A stretch of 64,000 bases of DNA. It comes from an uncultured Patescibacteria group bacterium (GTDB lineage Bacteria > Patescibacteriota > Microgenomatia > UBA10105 > UBA927). The notes below the pieces were generated by a model. It was not told the origin of the DNA. It searched no databases and was given only the letters and a program-made list of their open reading frames with translations. Shown piece by piece: positions 20,381 through 30,529 of the stretch. The stretch's first letter is position 1; every line of letters begins with the position of its first letter. The stretch lies in contig CAKZSU010000003.1 in NCBI GenBank assembly GCA_937921305.1, positions 116,599 through 180,598 on the forward strand, in the 5' to 3' direction. Position numbers and translations under genes: made by a program.

Positions 20381-21896
20381 CGATTCCTCCCACTTCTCTT
20401 GGTGCGAGAAGATACACCGGCGGATCTTCCAATGTGAAGACTTGCGTATCGCAATATCCTTCATACTTCTCTGGCGTTCTTGTGAACACAAGAGGTCGTC
20501 GCTCCTTCACATATGTTTCCATCATGCTCGGAAGATCGGGATATATCGTCGATGTTATTCGTCCCCAATTTACATACACGCCGCGAAATGCATGAAATCG
20601 TTCGGGGTGAAAAAACTGATAAAACGCGATATTCGTGTCATTGATATAAGTAAGATGTGGATGCGACTGAAAGATAACGTCCATCGTATCATATGTATCT
20701 TCAATAAATAGCTGAAATTCTCTCGTCAGTGGAATTCCATGGATGATCGACAATCGATCAGTGAACGTGACGCCATGTTTCACTCGATCTATCCCATGCC
20801 AAACACTCAAACCCAAATTCAATCCAATAAGAAACAAAAAGAAAGGAAAGAATGATTTCCTCACCCGATATAAGAGATATACAAACATGCCCATCATCGG
20901 CGTTGTTGCCCAAAAAAAATGCAATCGTTCTGTCACCGGATAATACTGATGCCACGACGCGATACTCACACCACTGAGAACAAGAAGAACGCGGGATACT
21001 TTTGATGTATTACGAGTTATTTCATAATAAAAACTAACACAAAAGATCAACACCGATGATAATGGTAAGACAATCCATATCCAATATTCATGAATCGACC
21101 GCCAATAGCGCGTCGCAAGCAAACTCTTGAAAAGTTGGACAAAAGAAATTCCTCGCGTCTCCTGCGAAAACGGCACTTGCATCACCATAGATTGCAACCA
21201 CCAATCATTAAGAGATTCTTGCAAAACAAGAATAAGGAGTATTGGAAACGATCCCGCCATCGCGCCGAGGAGAAAAATCGTGTATCGCGATGCCAGACGA
21301 GAACGAAAGAAAAGAATGCCAATCACGCCAATCATTGCCATCATATGCGTTATGCCAACTGATTGTCGAAACCAAAAAACAATAGACGCAAAAACGCCGG
21401 TAAGAACAAGATATCGAGACGCATGCAGCTCGATGTATCGTATGAGCAACAACGCGCTAATACATTGAAACAACGCCGCAAACACAGACGACCACGAATG
21501 AAAAAACCACCAATACACAGGAGCAAGTGATATCCAAAGAAAAAATGCAAGCATGTTCCAACGAAAAGAAAGAAATCTTCTGTTAGTTTCCCACAGCACA
21601 ACAACGGTTAACGCGTACGCAAGAAGCGTCATCAATCGAAGAGACAATACATGTTCTCCAAACAATCGCAATCCCACGGCATGGACCCATGTGAACAACG
21701 CGCCGTATTGCGTAAATGTTTCTTTGAATAATATCTTCCCCTTAAGCACTTCCAACGCGGGCATAAGCACGATACCGTCGTGCGCCCCGTCAATATAAAA
21801 CAAGGAGAAGAAGCCAAAGACAAAACATGTGAAAAGAATAAGAAAAAAATGAACAGTAATCTTCACGGTAATATAATTGAAGGCAGGAAAGAACAA
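20352..21896 (-). CDS. polytopic membrane protein with C-terminal soluble domain, GT-C (GT39/GT83-like) glycosyltransferase candidate
   Basis: 514 aa with N-terminal multi-TM and a C-terminal ~150-aa globular part. The TTG start abuts the stop of the upstream gene, suggesting translational coupling. Confidence 0.45.
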   Translation of the reverse strand: MFFPAFNYITVKITVHFFLILFTCFVFGFFSLFYIDGAHDGIVLMPALEVLKGKILFKETFTQYGALFTWVHAVGLRLFGEHVLSLRLMTLLAYALTVVVLWETNRRFLSFRWNMLAFFLWISLAPVYWWFFHSWSSVFAALFQCISALLLIRYIELHASRYLVLTGVFASIVFWFRQSVGITHMMAMIGVIGILFFRSRLASRYTIFLLGAMAGSFPILLILVLQESLNDWWLQSMVMQVPFSQETRGISFVQLFKSLLATRYWRSIHEYWIWIVLPLSSVLIFCVSFYYEITRNTSKVSRVLLVLSGVSIASWHQYYPVTERLHFFWATTPMMGMFVYLLYRVRKSFFPFFLFLIGLNLGLSVWHGIDRVKHGVTFTDRLSIIHGIPLTREFQLFIEDTYDTMDVIFQSHPHLTYINDTNIAFYQFFHPERFHAFRGVYVNWGRITSTIYPDLPSMMETYVKERRPLVFTRTPEKYEGYCDTQVFTLEDPPVYLLAPREVGGIVRCEEGKKE

Positions 21897-23765
21897 TTAT
21901 CGCAACTCATACAAACGAATATAGGGATTTTCCCACAAAAAAGAAAGATGAGCCAACAGCGGACTGTCTTCAACGCGATGCGGAAGAAAGATATATCGAA
22001 CCCGAAGAGAACGCAACACATCAACCGCAGTATCAGGAATCGCCACGCCTGTCGGATCATTTGCTGGAACGCCAAACAGGGCTTGATATCGGCGATCAAT
22101 CATCGACGCGTATCCATCCACGATCGGAATATTGTAGATCATCAAAAGATTTGGCCGAAACATGCGGAATTGCCACAGAACCTCTCGTTCGATCCATGGT
22201 TCTCCAAATACTCGCATGTATGGCGAAGGATACAATGAGGGATGAACATAAAATCGATACCCGTCCTCCGTCCTTTCTCGTATTTCTTGAACAATGCGCT
22301 CTTGTTCCGCTTTCCATGTCATCACTACATGATAAGAAAGCGTAATCAGATTCATTCTGGCATATAAAAACAAATCAAGAAAAAGAAATAACACAACGGC
22401 AATATTTGACAATCGCGAGAAACGAGATGATATCGCGTATATCCCGAGCAATCCACAACCAAACAAGAGAGCATTTTGTTGTATCATCGAAAATATCGTT
22501 TGCACCCCGCGATCACCCAGAAACGCCAATTTTCGTTGCAATGACGAATAATTTAAAGAAAAAAGCATGCGATAAATTGAATCCTCAGCTGCTACAAATC
22601 CAAACCACATTACAAAAAAGAATATGCTTGAAAGAGCAACAATCTTTTTCGATAGTCCCCTTTGAAGGGCATACCCTGAAAACATCGCAAATGAAAAGGT
22701 GAACAAAAGCAAAAAATGACTCGGCACGCGAAACAACCTAATACCCGGAATGAGATGATAAAAAAGAGAAAATATCGGCGTTGATGATCCAAACGCGAGA
22801 AGAAACGAAAGAATACCAATCCCTGAGAAAAAAAGTTCATGGCTTGACCATTTTCTGCGAACGAGAAACGAGAAAAATAAAATCCACGGCGTTATTCCAA
22901 TATACCCATACATCGACCCTCCCTGCCACCACTCCGTTCCTTCAGAAAGATTGCCAACGATACTTGGCAAGAAAAAGCGAAAAATAGCGAGAATCTGAAG
23001 CGACCCAAAAGTAGCGTAGGAAAATCCGCTTCCAATGCGAGTTGAATGGAGCGCGTGTAAAACAAAAGGAAGCAACTGGGGCAACGCAAAAAATATCGTG
23101 GCAAGACATATAAAAACGAGACGCATTACTCGATAAACAAATGGAATGCGCAGAAATATCAACGCGTATACATAACACAAAAGAAACGAATAAAAGATGA
23201 GTTGAATATGACCGGCAAGTATCTGTAACACAGAAAACGAGACAACAAGTATCGCGGTTTTTTTTGATGGACGAGAACAATATAGAATCCAAGAACTAAA
23301 CACCAATGGAAGCCATGACGCAACCTGAAGCATCGGCAGATTGTTCGTGTACGAAACAATCGTTCCAGAAAAAACGAACACGATCGTGGCAATCATTCTA
23401 GACCAGAACGTCATCTGCACTACGCCCGTCACCCACAGCATACCAACGCCGGCAAGTCCGATATGAAAAAGCGTCACGATCGTCATACCTCGAAAGGGCT
23501 CGAAGAAAAGAAAAACAACATTGCCCGGATACAATGGACTTACATTAATATCAGCAAGAAACGGCGACCCCGAAAATAAGAACGGACTATCTATCGGAAA
23601 AACGCCAGATAAAAGAGATTTCACCCAAAATATTCTCGCCGGAATATTAATAAGCAAATTATCACAGCAATACACAATCTCATCAAACGCGATCTGCCGA
23701 TAAAAAAATATCGAAAAAAAAAGAAAAAACATTATCAACAAAAGGAAAATCGATTGTCTCTTCAT
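21897..23765 (-). CDS. large polytopic membrane protein (YfhO/GT-C-like), putative glycosyltransferase
   Basis: 622 aa with more than 12 predicted TM helices. No soluble catalytic domain recognised. Confidence 0.4.
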   Translation of the reverse strand: MKRQSIFLLLIMFFLFFSIFFYRQIAFDEIVYCCDNLLINIPARIFWVKSLLSGVFPIDSPFLFSGSPFLADINVSPLYPGNVVFLFFEPFRGMTIVTLFHIGLAGVGMLWVTGVVQMTFWSRMIATIVFVFSGTIVSYTNNLPMLQVASWLPLVFSSWILYCSRPSKKTAILVVSFSVLQILAGHIQLIFYSFLLCYVYALIFLRIPFVYRVMRLVFICLATIFFALPQLLPFVLHALHSTRIGSGFSYATFGSLQILAIFRFFLPSIVGNLSEGTEWWQGGSMYGYIGITPWILFFSFLVRRKWSSHELFFSGIGILSFLLAFGSSTPIFSLFYHLIPGIRLFRVPSHFLLLFTFSFAMFSGYALQRGLSKKIVALSSIFFFVMWFGFVAAEDSIYRMLFSLNYSSLQRKLAFLGDRGVQTIFSMIQQNALLFGCGLLGIYAISSRFSRLSNIAVVLFLFLDLFLYARMNLITLSYHVVMTWKAEQERIVQEIRERTEDGYRFYVHPSLYPSPYMRVFGEPWIEREVLWQFRMFRPNLLMIYNIPIVDGYASMIDRRYQALFGVPANDPTGVAIPDTAVDVLRSLRVRYIFLPHRVEDSPLLAHLSFLWENPYIRLYELR

Positions 23766-25507
23766 TTGAATACCAATATTGAATCAGCAACAATAGTTTG
23801 TATCCGATCGGGATCATAACGAGGAAGTTGATAGTACCCGCATTGATACCAATTTGTTACGCTAATCGCCGTTATTGATTCGCCACGATGGTCAGGATAT
23901 CGAATCGTATGAAACGCGCAAATTTCATCATTTTTATAACTTCCCCACGCACGATCGCTCTCAAATCCGTATGCCGAGCCATCATCTCTTCCAAAATAAG
24001 AAAAATAAAGTTCGCTTGGCTTTGCTTTATCGATATACCGCTGAAATGAAATCAATCCTTGTCCCCAGTCGATATTGCTATCAAACAAATACCGATATCG
24101 TTTTGTTCGAGAAATAAAACTATTTGTGAATGAAATACTATGAGGATATGCCGTGTATAACGAATACCCCATCCATGCAATCATTCCAAACAGTAGCGCC
24201 ATTTTCCATTTCGATCGAACATCCTGGAACGGATACCCTGCGACAATCGCCAAAAACGGAAACGATGGCAAGATATACCGAATAAGCGGTTGCATGCGAA
24301 CAAAACTAACAACAAAAACGATCGCAAAAATAGGAATAAGGAAGAGATATCGATATTCAGGATCGCGAACTCGGTTGTCTCGAATTGTTAGTTTATATTC
24401 AGGAATATGACTCACCATCTCCGACGATTGTGACTGATTCTGCGACGGATATTTTCTTATAAAAACGGTTTGTATCATGGTTATCAACAAGGATCGATGA
24501 TTTTCAGAAAGCACCGTCATAAAAAAACCAAGAACACACAAAAGAATCAATGGAAACGGAAGTTTCACCAGAGCTGCCTGAAGCATCATAAGAGGATGCA
24601 CCGACGGATGAAACATCCCCATATGAAAAACCGGTTGAGATTCTCTTGCGCGCAACGCATTATTCTTGAGAATTCCGATATAGTCCCCAAGCGGAACAGG
24701 CGTCCCCTGCAACCAAAGAATTGCCTGTTTTAACAAATTCAGATTCCTTTCCTCGGCAAACGCAATGAGTCTATTCGACAACCGCTCGGGATTATCATGC
24801 GGAACAAGAATGGAAGTAAAACGAAAAAAATATGTGCTCCATACAATAAACCCCGCGACACATACCGCAAAGAAGAAATGTCTCACATGATATCTACACC
24901 ACGAAAACGACCACACATTACGTTTCAAAATCAACACAAAACACATGCTTGCAAATAAAAATGGCAATGCAGAAATTTTTGACGCCAATGCAAGTCCTAA
25001 AAAAATCCCGAAGAAAAAAAATTTTGTCATGGTCGGAGAGGAAAACGCGTCAAGAAATGAAACATACGCAAGAAATATGAAGAGCGTTGCCCCGATATCA
25101 GATGTAATGTAATGACTGTGCGCAAGAAATGTGGGCTCTAGCGCCAAGACTATGCCAGACGCAAGAGAAGACGCTTGACCGATATATCGTCGAGACGCTT
25201 CCATCACCTGCCATAAAAGGATTGACGCTAAAAATACAATAACCAAACGATTCAAAAGATATCGTTGAGAGGGTGTTCCTTCAGATGGCGTGAATCCAAG
25301 CACGGATGGAATTGACGCAAGTTCTCGTATAAGCGGAGGATTGTACGGTTCAATGGGAAACTCCTGTTTTGTAATATTTGTGAACCCTTCCTGAAGATTA
25401 AAAATTTCATCAAATGTCAATGATTCTTGAAGAGCGCTTCCTAATGTTGCTACGATAAACACTGCGACGATTCCCCATCGCAACAATCGATAGAGCGTAC
25501 TGCTCAT
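23762..25507 (-). CDS. GT-C fold glycosyltransferase (ArnT/PMT family-like)
   Basis: First extracytoplasmic loop contains TFDE (the DE motif typical of GT39/GT83). 581 aa, multi-TM. Confidence 0.5.
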   Translation of the reverse strand: MSSTLYRLLRWGIVAVFIVATLGSALQESLTFDEIFNLQEGFTNITKQEFPIEPYNPPLIRELASIPSVLGFTPSEGTPSQRYLLNRLVIVFLASILLWQVMEASRRYIGQASSLASGIVLALEPTFLAHSHYITSDIGATLFIFLAYVSFLDAFSSPTMTKFFFFGIFLGLALASKISALPFLFASMCFVLILKRNVWSFSWCRYHVRHFFFAVCVAGFIVWSTYFFRFTSILVPHDNPERLSNRLIAFAEERNLNLLKQAILWLQGTPVPLGDYIGILKNNALRARESQPVFHMGMFHPSVHPLMMLQAALVKLPFPLILLCVLGFFMTVLSENHRSLLITMIQTVFIRKYPSQNQSQSSEMVSHIPEYKLTIRDNRVRDPEYRYLFLIPIFAIVFVVSFVRMQPLIRYILPSFPFLAIVAGYPFQDVRSKWKMALLFGMIAWMGYSLYTAYPHSISFTNSFISRTKRYRYLFDSNIDWGQGLISFQRYIDKAKPSELYFSYFGRDDGSAYGFESDRAWGSYKNDEICAFHTIRYPDHRGESITAISVTNWYQCGYYQLPRYDPDRIQTIVADSILVFK

Positions 25508-26616
25508 AAAAACTTACTCCATACCTCCTCAATTTTTTTCGCGCCAATCATCTTGTCGTGATATCGCTCCGCTCTCGCCCTCGCTTTTTTGCCATAGGTT
25601 TCTCTCAATGTTGGATCATCCAATAATCGCCGCAATTGCTGGACAAGAGAATATGCATCGCCAGGATGAGCAAACAACGCGGCATCTCCCACATTTTCAG
25701 GTATTCCTCCGCTATATGTAGTAACAATCGGAAGACCGCTTGCCTGCGCTTCAAGAAGCGTAGTGTTGTATTGTTCCTGCCATGTTTGCGTTTCTTTGCT
25801 TGGCGCAACATAGATATCCGCGTTCGCATAAACCGTTGGCATATCCTCATATGAAGCGGTTTCATAAAACACACGATGTTCCACGCCCAGTCGTCTTGCC
25901 ATCGTTTGCAACCCGCGTTTTTGACTTCCTTCTCCAACAAGAGTAAGTGTGATATCGTATGTTTTTAATAGCAACGAAAACGCGTATAACAATTCATATA
26001 CGCCTTTATATCCTTCCAACCTTCCACAAAATAGAATGCGAATTGATCTATCATTTTTTTCTCTCTTCTTCGCGGGAGCAAAACGAGTTATATCGATAAA
26101 ATGTGGAATAACGGTAATGTTTTGTTCATCAACGCCTTCAAGGAGTAACGCTATCTTTGTCCGTTCCGTCAACGCAATAATATGATCAAGCTCTTGATAG
26201 GAACGTTTCTTAAACCTTTTTCTTCCCCAAATACCTTCATTGTTAAACGGAATATTTTCCAATACCGTGGCGATCACGCGTTTCACCCATCCTTTTCGTT
26301 TCGCGGATAAGCATTGCTGGGTATAGTGATAGTATGTTTCCGCCGTGTGAACAAGATCGAACCCTTTCAACGCGACTTCAAGTCCAAAAAGATACTGAGC
26401 GTCTATAAACAATCGATTGAGTATGGCCATTTTCTTTGGAAACTCTGGAAGATCCATAGGAGAAAGCAATTTTTTTACAGGAAAAGCAAATGTGTCATGA
26501 TACGAACGCATCGAACCAAACGCCGTAATGTCAAATCGATCAATCAACGGCTCAAAAAACTGCATTTCATACGCATTTAAAAATGTTCCTCGAACAATCG
26601 CCGCTTTCGGTTTCAT
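25504..26616 (-). CDS. family 4 glycosyltransferase (GT-B)
   Basis: EX7E-type C-terminal motif (LEAQASGLPIVTT...GGIPE) and GT4 architecture. Confidence 0.8.
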   Translation of the reverse strand: MKPKAAIVRGTFLNAYEMQFFEPLIDRFDITAFGSMRSYHDTFAFPVKKLLSPMDLPEFPKKMAILNRLFIDAQYLFGLEVALKGFDLVHTAETYYHYTQQCLSAKRKGWVKRVIATVLENIPFNNEGIWGRKRFKKRSYQELDHIIALTERTKIALLLEGVDEQNITVIPHFIDITRFAPAKKREKNDRSIRILFCGRLEGYKGVYELLYAFSLLLKTYDITLTLVGEGSQKRGLQTMARRLGVEHRVFYETASYEDMPTVYANADIYVAPSKETQTWQEQYNTTLLEAQASGLPIVTTYSGGIPENVGDAALFAHPGDAYSLVQQLRRLLDDPTLRETYGKKARARAERYHDKMIGAKKIEEVWSKFL

Positions 26617-27383
26617 ATCAGATTTCTATACAAAATACCGCTATATCTCGTCAACAACAATAACCGCATCCCACGATGAACAACAAGTTTTTTTACAATC
26701 CATGGCAAAGGCAAGGAATGAATCATATAGGCAACCGTTATCACGAACTTCTTAAGCCATACGCGGATATGATCAACAAGACTCGGATTTCCCGAAATCA
26801 CATAGAGAATGGATCCTGTGGCGCCGATATCCACAATATCGTTTCGTTTCCATATATATTGTCGTATCGTTCTCCATACACCGCATTCCCCGCAAAATCC
26901 ATCATGAAACGCGATAACGCCTCCATCGCGAGAGACAAATGGCGCCCACAACGAATAATCTTCAGTCGCATGACGTTCATCATGCAATCCATCGATAAAT
27001 AACAATCGTATTGTTCTTTTCCATTTCTTCGAGGCATCCCGAGATGTCATGACCAACGGTCGAACTATATCGGCAATACTAGCTCTTTCAATATTATCCT
27101 GAAACGCCTCAAATGTTCCGTTATCAACCGGATGATCGCCATCCTGAATAACCCCCTCGTGAGGATCTATCGCCCATATACATCCACCCTGTTTTCCGCG
27201 CTTCATTCCATACGCTAACGCGATCGTCGAACGTCCTTTATAACTGCCAATCTCCACAATATCTCCGGAAGCTGGAGCGCAACGAGCTAACTCATACAAT
27301 AGCATGGCTTCGCGAAGAGACAACCACCCGTCAACGGAAGAAAGCAACGCGCGCAACTCGCTTCTTGAGTACGGATCATTCAT
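26613..27383 (-). CDS. class I SAM-dependent methyltransferase (Methyltransf_24 / TylF-MycF-like)
   Basis: VEIGSYKGRSTIALA glycine-rich motif and downstream acidic residues, sitting between two GT4 genes. Confidence 0.6.
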   Translation of the reverse strand: MNDPYSRSELRALLSSVDGWLSLREAMLLYELARCAPASGDIVEIGSYKGRSTIALAYGMKRGKQGGCIWAIDPHEGVIQDGDHPVDNGTFEAFQDNIERASIADIVRPLVMTSRDASKKWKRTIRLLFIDGLHDERHATEDYSLWAPFVSRDGGVIAFHDGFCGECGVWRTIRQYIWKRNDIVDIGATGSILYVISGNPSLVDHIRVWLKKFVITVAYMIHSLPLPWIVKKLVVHRGMRLLLLTRYSGILYRNLI

Positions 27384-28470
27384 GACGCAACATCTCCGTT
27401 ATGACTCCATATACAATCTCGCTAAAACGTTTCCACGAAAATTCCGACGCCTTCGCCAAACCGCTTGCGATAGAAACATTCCGCAATGAATCATTTGTTA
27501 TGATATCAGTCATCGCTTGCGCTAACGCATGAATGTCATTAGGCTCAACGAGCATATGCTGTTCTGGAATAATCTCTGGAAACACCGCTGATTTTGTCGC
27601 GACAACAGGACATCCGCACGCCATTGCCTCCATAACAGGCAGACAAAACCCCTCCGTAAGAGACGCCGTGACAAACGCGGACGCGCCGCGATAATAATGA
27701 GACAAAAGGTTATCCGGCACATATCCAAGAAATCGAACATAATATTCCATACCCTCTTGTTGTATCGTTTGAAAAATTTCTTTATCCATCCAATAATCTC
27801 CACCAATGATCAGCAAAAGATATCGTTTGTTGGAGCGTTTCAAGAACTCATGAAACGCGCGAATCACCACAGGAATATTTTTCCCGGGCTTCAAACTACC
27901 AACATGCAAAAAATACGGCAACGTTCCTTGAAACGCTTTTCCATCTCGAGAAAATCGCTCATCAACACCGGGATAGGCGACAGTAATCTTTTCTGATTGA
28001 ACATGATACATCTGACAAATATCCTGTTTTGTTGTCTCTGATATAGTGATAATGTGATCGGATCGATGAATCAACTCCTTCGTTCTTTTAGCAAGATGAT
28101 GATACGAATGTGGATATGCGCTGGGATAATGCAAGAATCCTAGATCATAAATAAATCCAATATTGGTTTGGAATCCTACCGGAACAGCTTGTGAAACACC
28201 CAAGAAAAGATCGACAGGATGAATCAATAAACTCAACGGAAGACGAACCTGAAACCATCCTTTTTGAGGTTTCAAGACAAAAGATGCCATGTTCGAAGAC
28301 AGTGTTTTCATAATATTATCGCTAATCGGAGCGAACGAATACAGCCGATAGTCATTCATCTCATCCAAAGACGATAACCCTTGAAACAAGCGAAGAATCA
28401 CGCGATACACGCCAACTTTCAATCGGTCGTCTTGAACACATAGCGCACCGGCGTCAACACCAATCGTCAT
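27376..28470 (-). CDS. family 4 glycosyltransferase (GT-B)
   Basis: GT4 C-terminal domain: FVTASLTEGFCLPVMEAMACGCPVVAT. Confidence 0.8.
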   Translation of the reverse strand: MTIGVDAGALCVQDDRLKVGVYRVILRLFQGLSSLDEMNDYRLYSFAPISDNIMKTLSSNMASFVLKPQKGWFQVRLPLSLLIHPVDLFLGVSQAVPVGFQTNIGFIYDLGFLHYPSAYPHSYHHLAKRTKELIHRSDHIITISETTKQDICQMYHVQSEKITVAYPGVDERFSRDGKAFQGTLPYFLHVGSLKPGKNIPVVIRAFHEFLKRSNKRYLLLIIGGDYWMDKEIFQTIQQEGMEYYVRFLGYVPDNLLSHYYRGASAFVTASLTEGFCLPVMEAMACGCPVVATKSAVFPEIIPEQHMLVEPNDIHALAQAMTDIITNDSLRNVSIASGLAKASEFSWKRFSEIVYGVITEMLRHE

Positions 28471-28723
28471 ATATACTCATGAAATACTGAACGCGACTAG
28501 ATGTCAATGTACGATCAATCCTCGCATCATAATCATATTGTTATCTCAAGCTCTTGAACATGTCATCTGTCATCATTTTTCCCATCCTAAATTTTCCTTC
28601 GTGCTATCCTGAACCTGTTTCAAAATCTAAAGAATAATGAAGAAAATATAGTTTCCGAACATTTGTAAAATACTGAAATAAGTTCAGTATGATAAATACT
28701 GATATAAACAAAGGAGCAATCTG

Positions 28724-29503
28724 TCAAGCAGAATACGGATGCCTCCCAAATCTTCTGAGAAGATAATCACGAATCCCCGCCAACGCTCCCCATTCTCTCA
28801 GAGTTACATGCTCAAGAATTGTTTTTGGAAAACGAAGCGTCTCATATATTTTCACAGAAAACGGAGCATTTCGTTCAATAAACAGCAAGTGATTTCTTGC
28901 AAGATAGTATTGATGAAGAAATGGCTTGTTTTGAAATGTCGACGACTCTTTGTGACGGACATCAGACAAGGGAACAACATGAAGAGGAAACCCCTTCTTT
29001 CTTGCTCTTATACAATACTCAACTTCTTCATAAAAAATAAAATAGGGATCATACAAATAGCCAATTGAACTAATAACATCTCGATGAATCGCAAGAAATG
29101 AACCTGACAAAAATTGCATAGGCTCTGGATCTGTTTCCGCCGTCCATCGTTTTGGATCCAATGATCGAGGATATGAACCGGCAAGACCAGGAGAACATCG
29201 AGAAAGAAACTGAATAAATGAATGAACAACATGTTTCGTCATCTGCACATCATCATTCAAGACAACCATCCATTCATATTTATGCGTGTACACATATCTT
29301 AATCCGCGATTTACTCCTCCTGTGTACCCCTTATTCTCTTTATTGGGAAGATAGATCACATGGTCAATCGAGATAGTTTTTTTTGGTGTGTTATCAACAA
29401 GAATAACCGTATGTGGACACAACGAATCGACCAACGATCGAATCTTTGCTTGATCAGGAAAATAGGTGAGGATGATAAACGCTATATCAAGTGATGTTTC
29501 CAT
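28724..29503 (-). CDS. family 2 glycosyltransferase
   Basis: The internal ATG (METSLDIAFIILTYFPD...) fits a GT2 N-terminus; the longer listed ORF overlaps the epimerase. The C-terminal part is typical GT2. Confidence 0.7.
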   Translation of the reverse strand: METSLDIAFIILTYFPDQAKIRSLVDSLCPHTVILVDNTPKKTISIDHVIYLPNKENKGYTGGVNRGLRYVYTHKYEWMVVLNDDVQMTKHVVHSFIQFLSRCSPGLAGSYPRSLDPKRWTAETDPEPMQFLSGSFLAIHRDVISSIGYLYDPYFIFYEEVEYCIRARKKGFPLHVVPLSDVRHKESSTFQNKPFLHQYYLARNHLLFIERNAPFSVKIYETLRFPKTILEHVTLREWGALAGIRDYLLRRFGRHPYSA

Positions 29504-30498
29504 GTTTCCGGAACTAAATCGTTTTCCAACTCCAACGGAATATATGAGAATAACTTTGGTCCTTGCGTTTTTACCCATGCGATTGTTTCCCGTATGCCGT
29601 CTGTTAATGAAGTCGAAGGACGATAGCCAAGCATCATTCTTGCTTTTGTGATATCGCAATACGCGGAGACAATTTCTCTCGGACGAAACGGAACATACAC
29701 AGGTTCAAATTCCTTAGGAACATCTCCGTCAAACCATGACGAGAGGATCAATAAAGAAAGTTCGTTTAATGTATGCGGCTTGTCTGATCCAATATTAAAC
29801 ACTTCTTGTTTATATTCATCAGATAATCCAGCTTTCACGACGGGAGGAATAAGATCATAAATGTAGGTAAACGCTCGTTTTTGGGCTCCATCTCCATAAA
29901 TGTAATATGGCTTTCCTTGAGATAATCGATTTAGAAAAATCGCAACAACATTTCTATAAGGATCGCTCATGTTTTGCCGTGGACCGTAAACATTATAAGG
30001 ACGAATAATTACATAGGAGAACCCATGAACAGTTGACAATATCCGCGTAACATCCTCCATTGAAGATTTCATCACACCATACACATCTTCCGGTCGTTTC
30101 TCCATCTTTTCTGAAAATGGCGGTGTTTGCGCGCCATAAACGCTGATACTGCTAAATAGAATTACTTTTTGGATACCATGTTTTACACAGGGAACAAGCG
30201 TGTAAAGATATGCTAAATAATTATTTTCAGATGATGATAATGGGGTAAATTGACTTCTTCCTTCAGTCGCATCTGCAGCGAGATGAAAAAGAATCTCTGG
30301 TTTAACTTGTTGTATATAAGTAGCGACAGCATCTTTATTTCTCAAATCAAGATTTGTAAATCGACATTCTTTGTGAATATACGTTTCTTGTCCTCCCGAA
30401 AGATTGTCCACGCCGTATACTTCATCATGATTCGCGATAAGCGCGTCGACGAGATGACTGCCTATAAACCCCGCCGCACCAGTAACAAGAATTTTCAT
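29482..30498 (-). CDS. NAD-dependent nucleotide-sugar epimerase/dehydratase (SDR family)
   Basis: MKILVTGAAGFIGSHLVDAL Rossmann motif and a YxxxK-type SDR core. Confidence 0.85.
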   Translation of the reverse strand: MKILVTGAAGFIGSHLVDALIANHDEVYGVDNLSGGQETYIHKECRFTNLDLRNKDAVATYIQQVKPEILFHLAADATEGRSQFTPLSSSENNYLAYLYTLVPCVKHGIQKVILFSSISVYGAQTPPFSEKMEKRPEDVYGVMKSSMEDVTRILSTVHGFSYVIIRPYNVYGPRQNMSDPYRNVVAIFLNRLSQGKPYYIYGDGAQKRAFTYIYDLIPPVVKAGLSDEYKQEVFNIGSDKPHTLNELSLLILSSWFDGDVPKEFEPVYVPFRPREIVSAYCDITKARMMLGYRPSTSLTDGIRETIAWVKTQGPKLFSYIPLELENDLVPETWKHHLI

Positions 30499-30529
30499 AT
30501 TATTTTTTTAATTTTACTAATATAATGAA

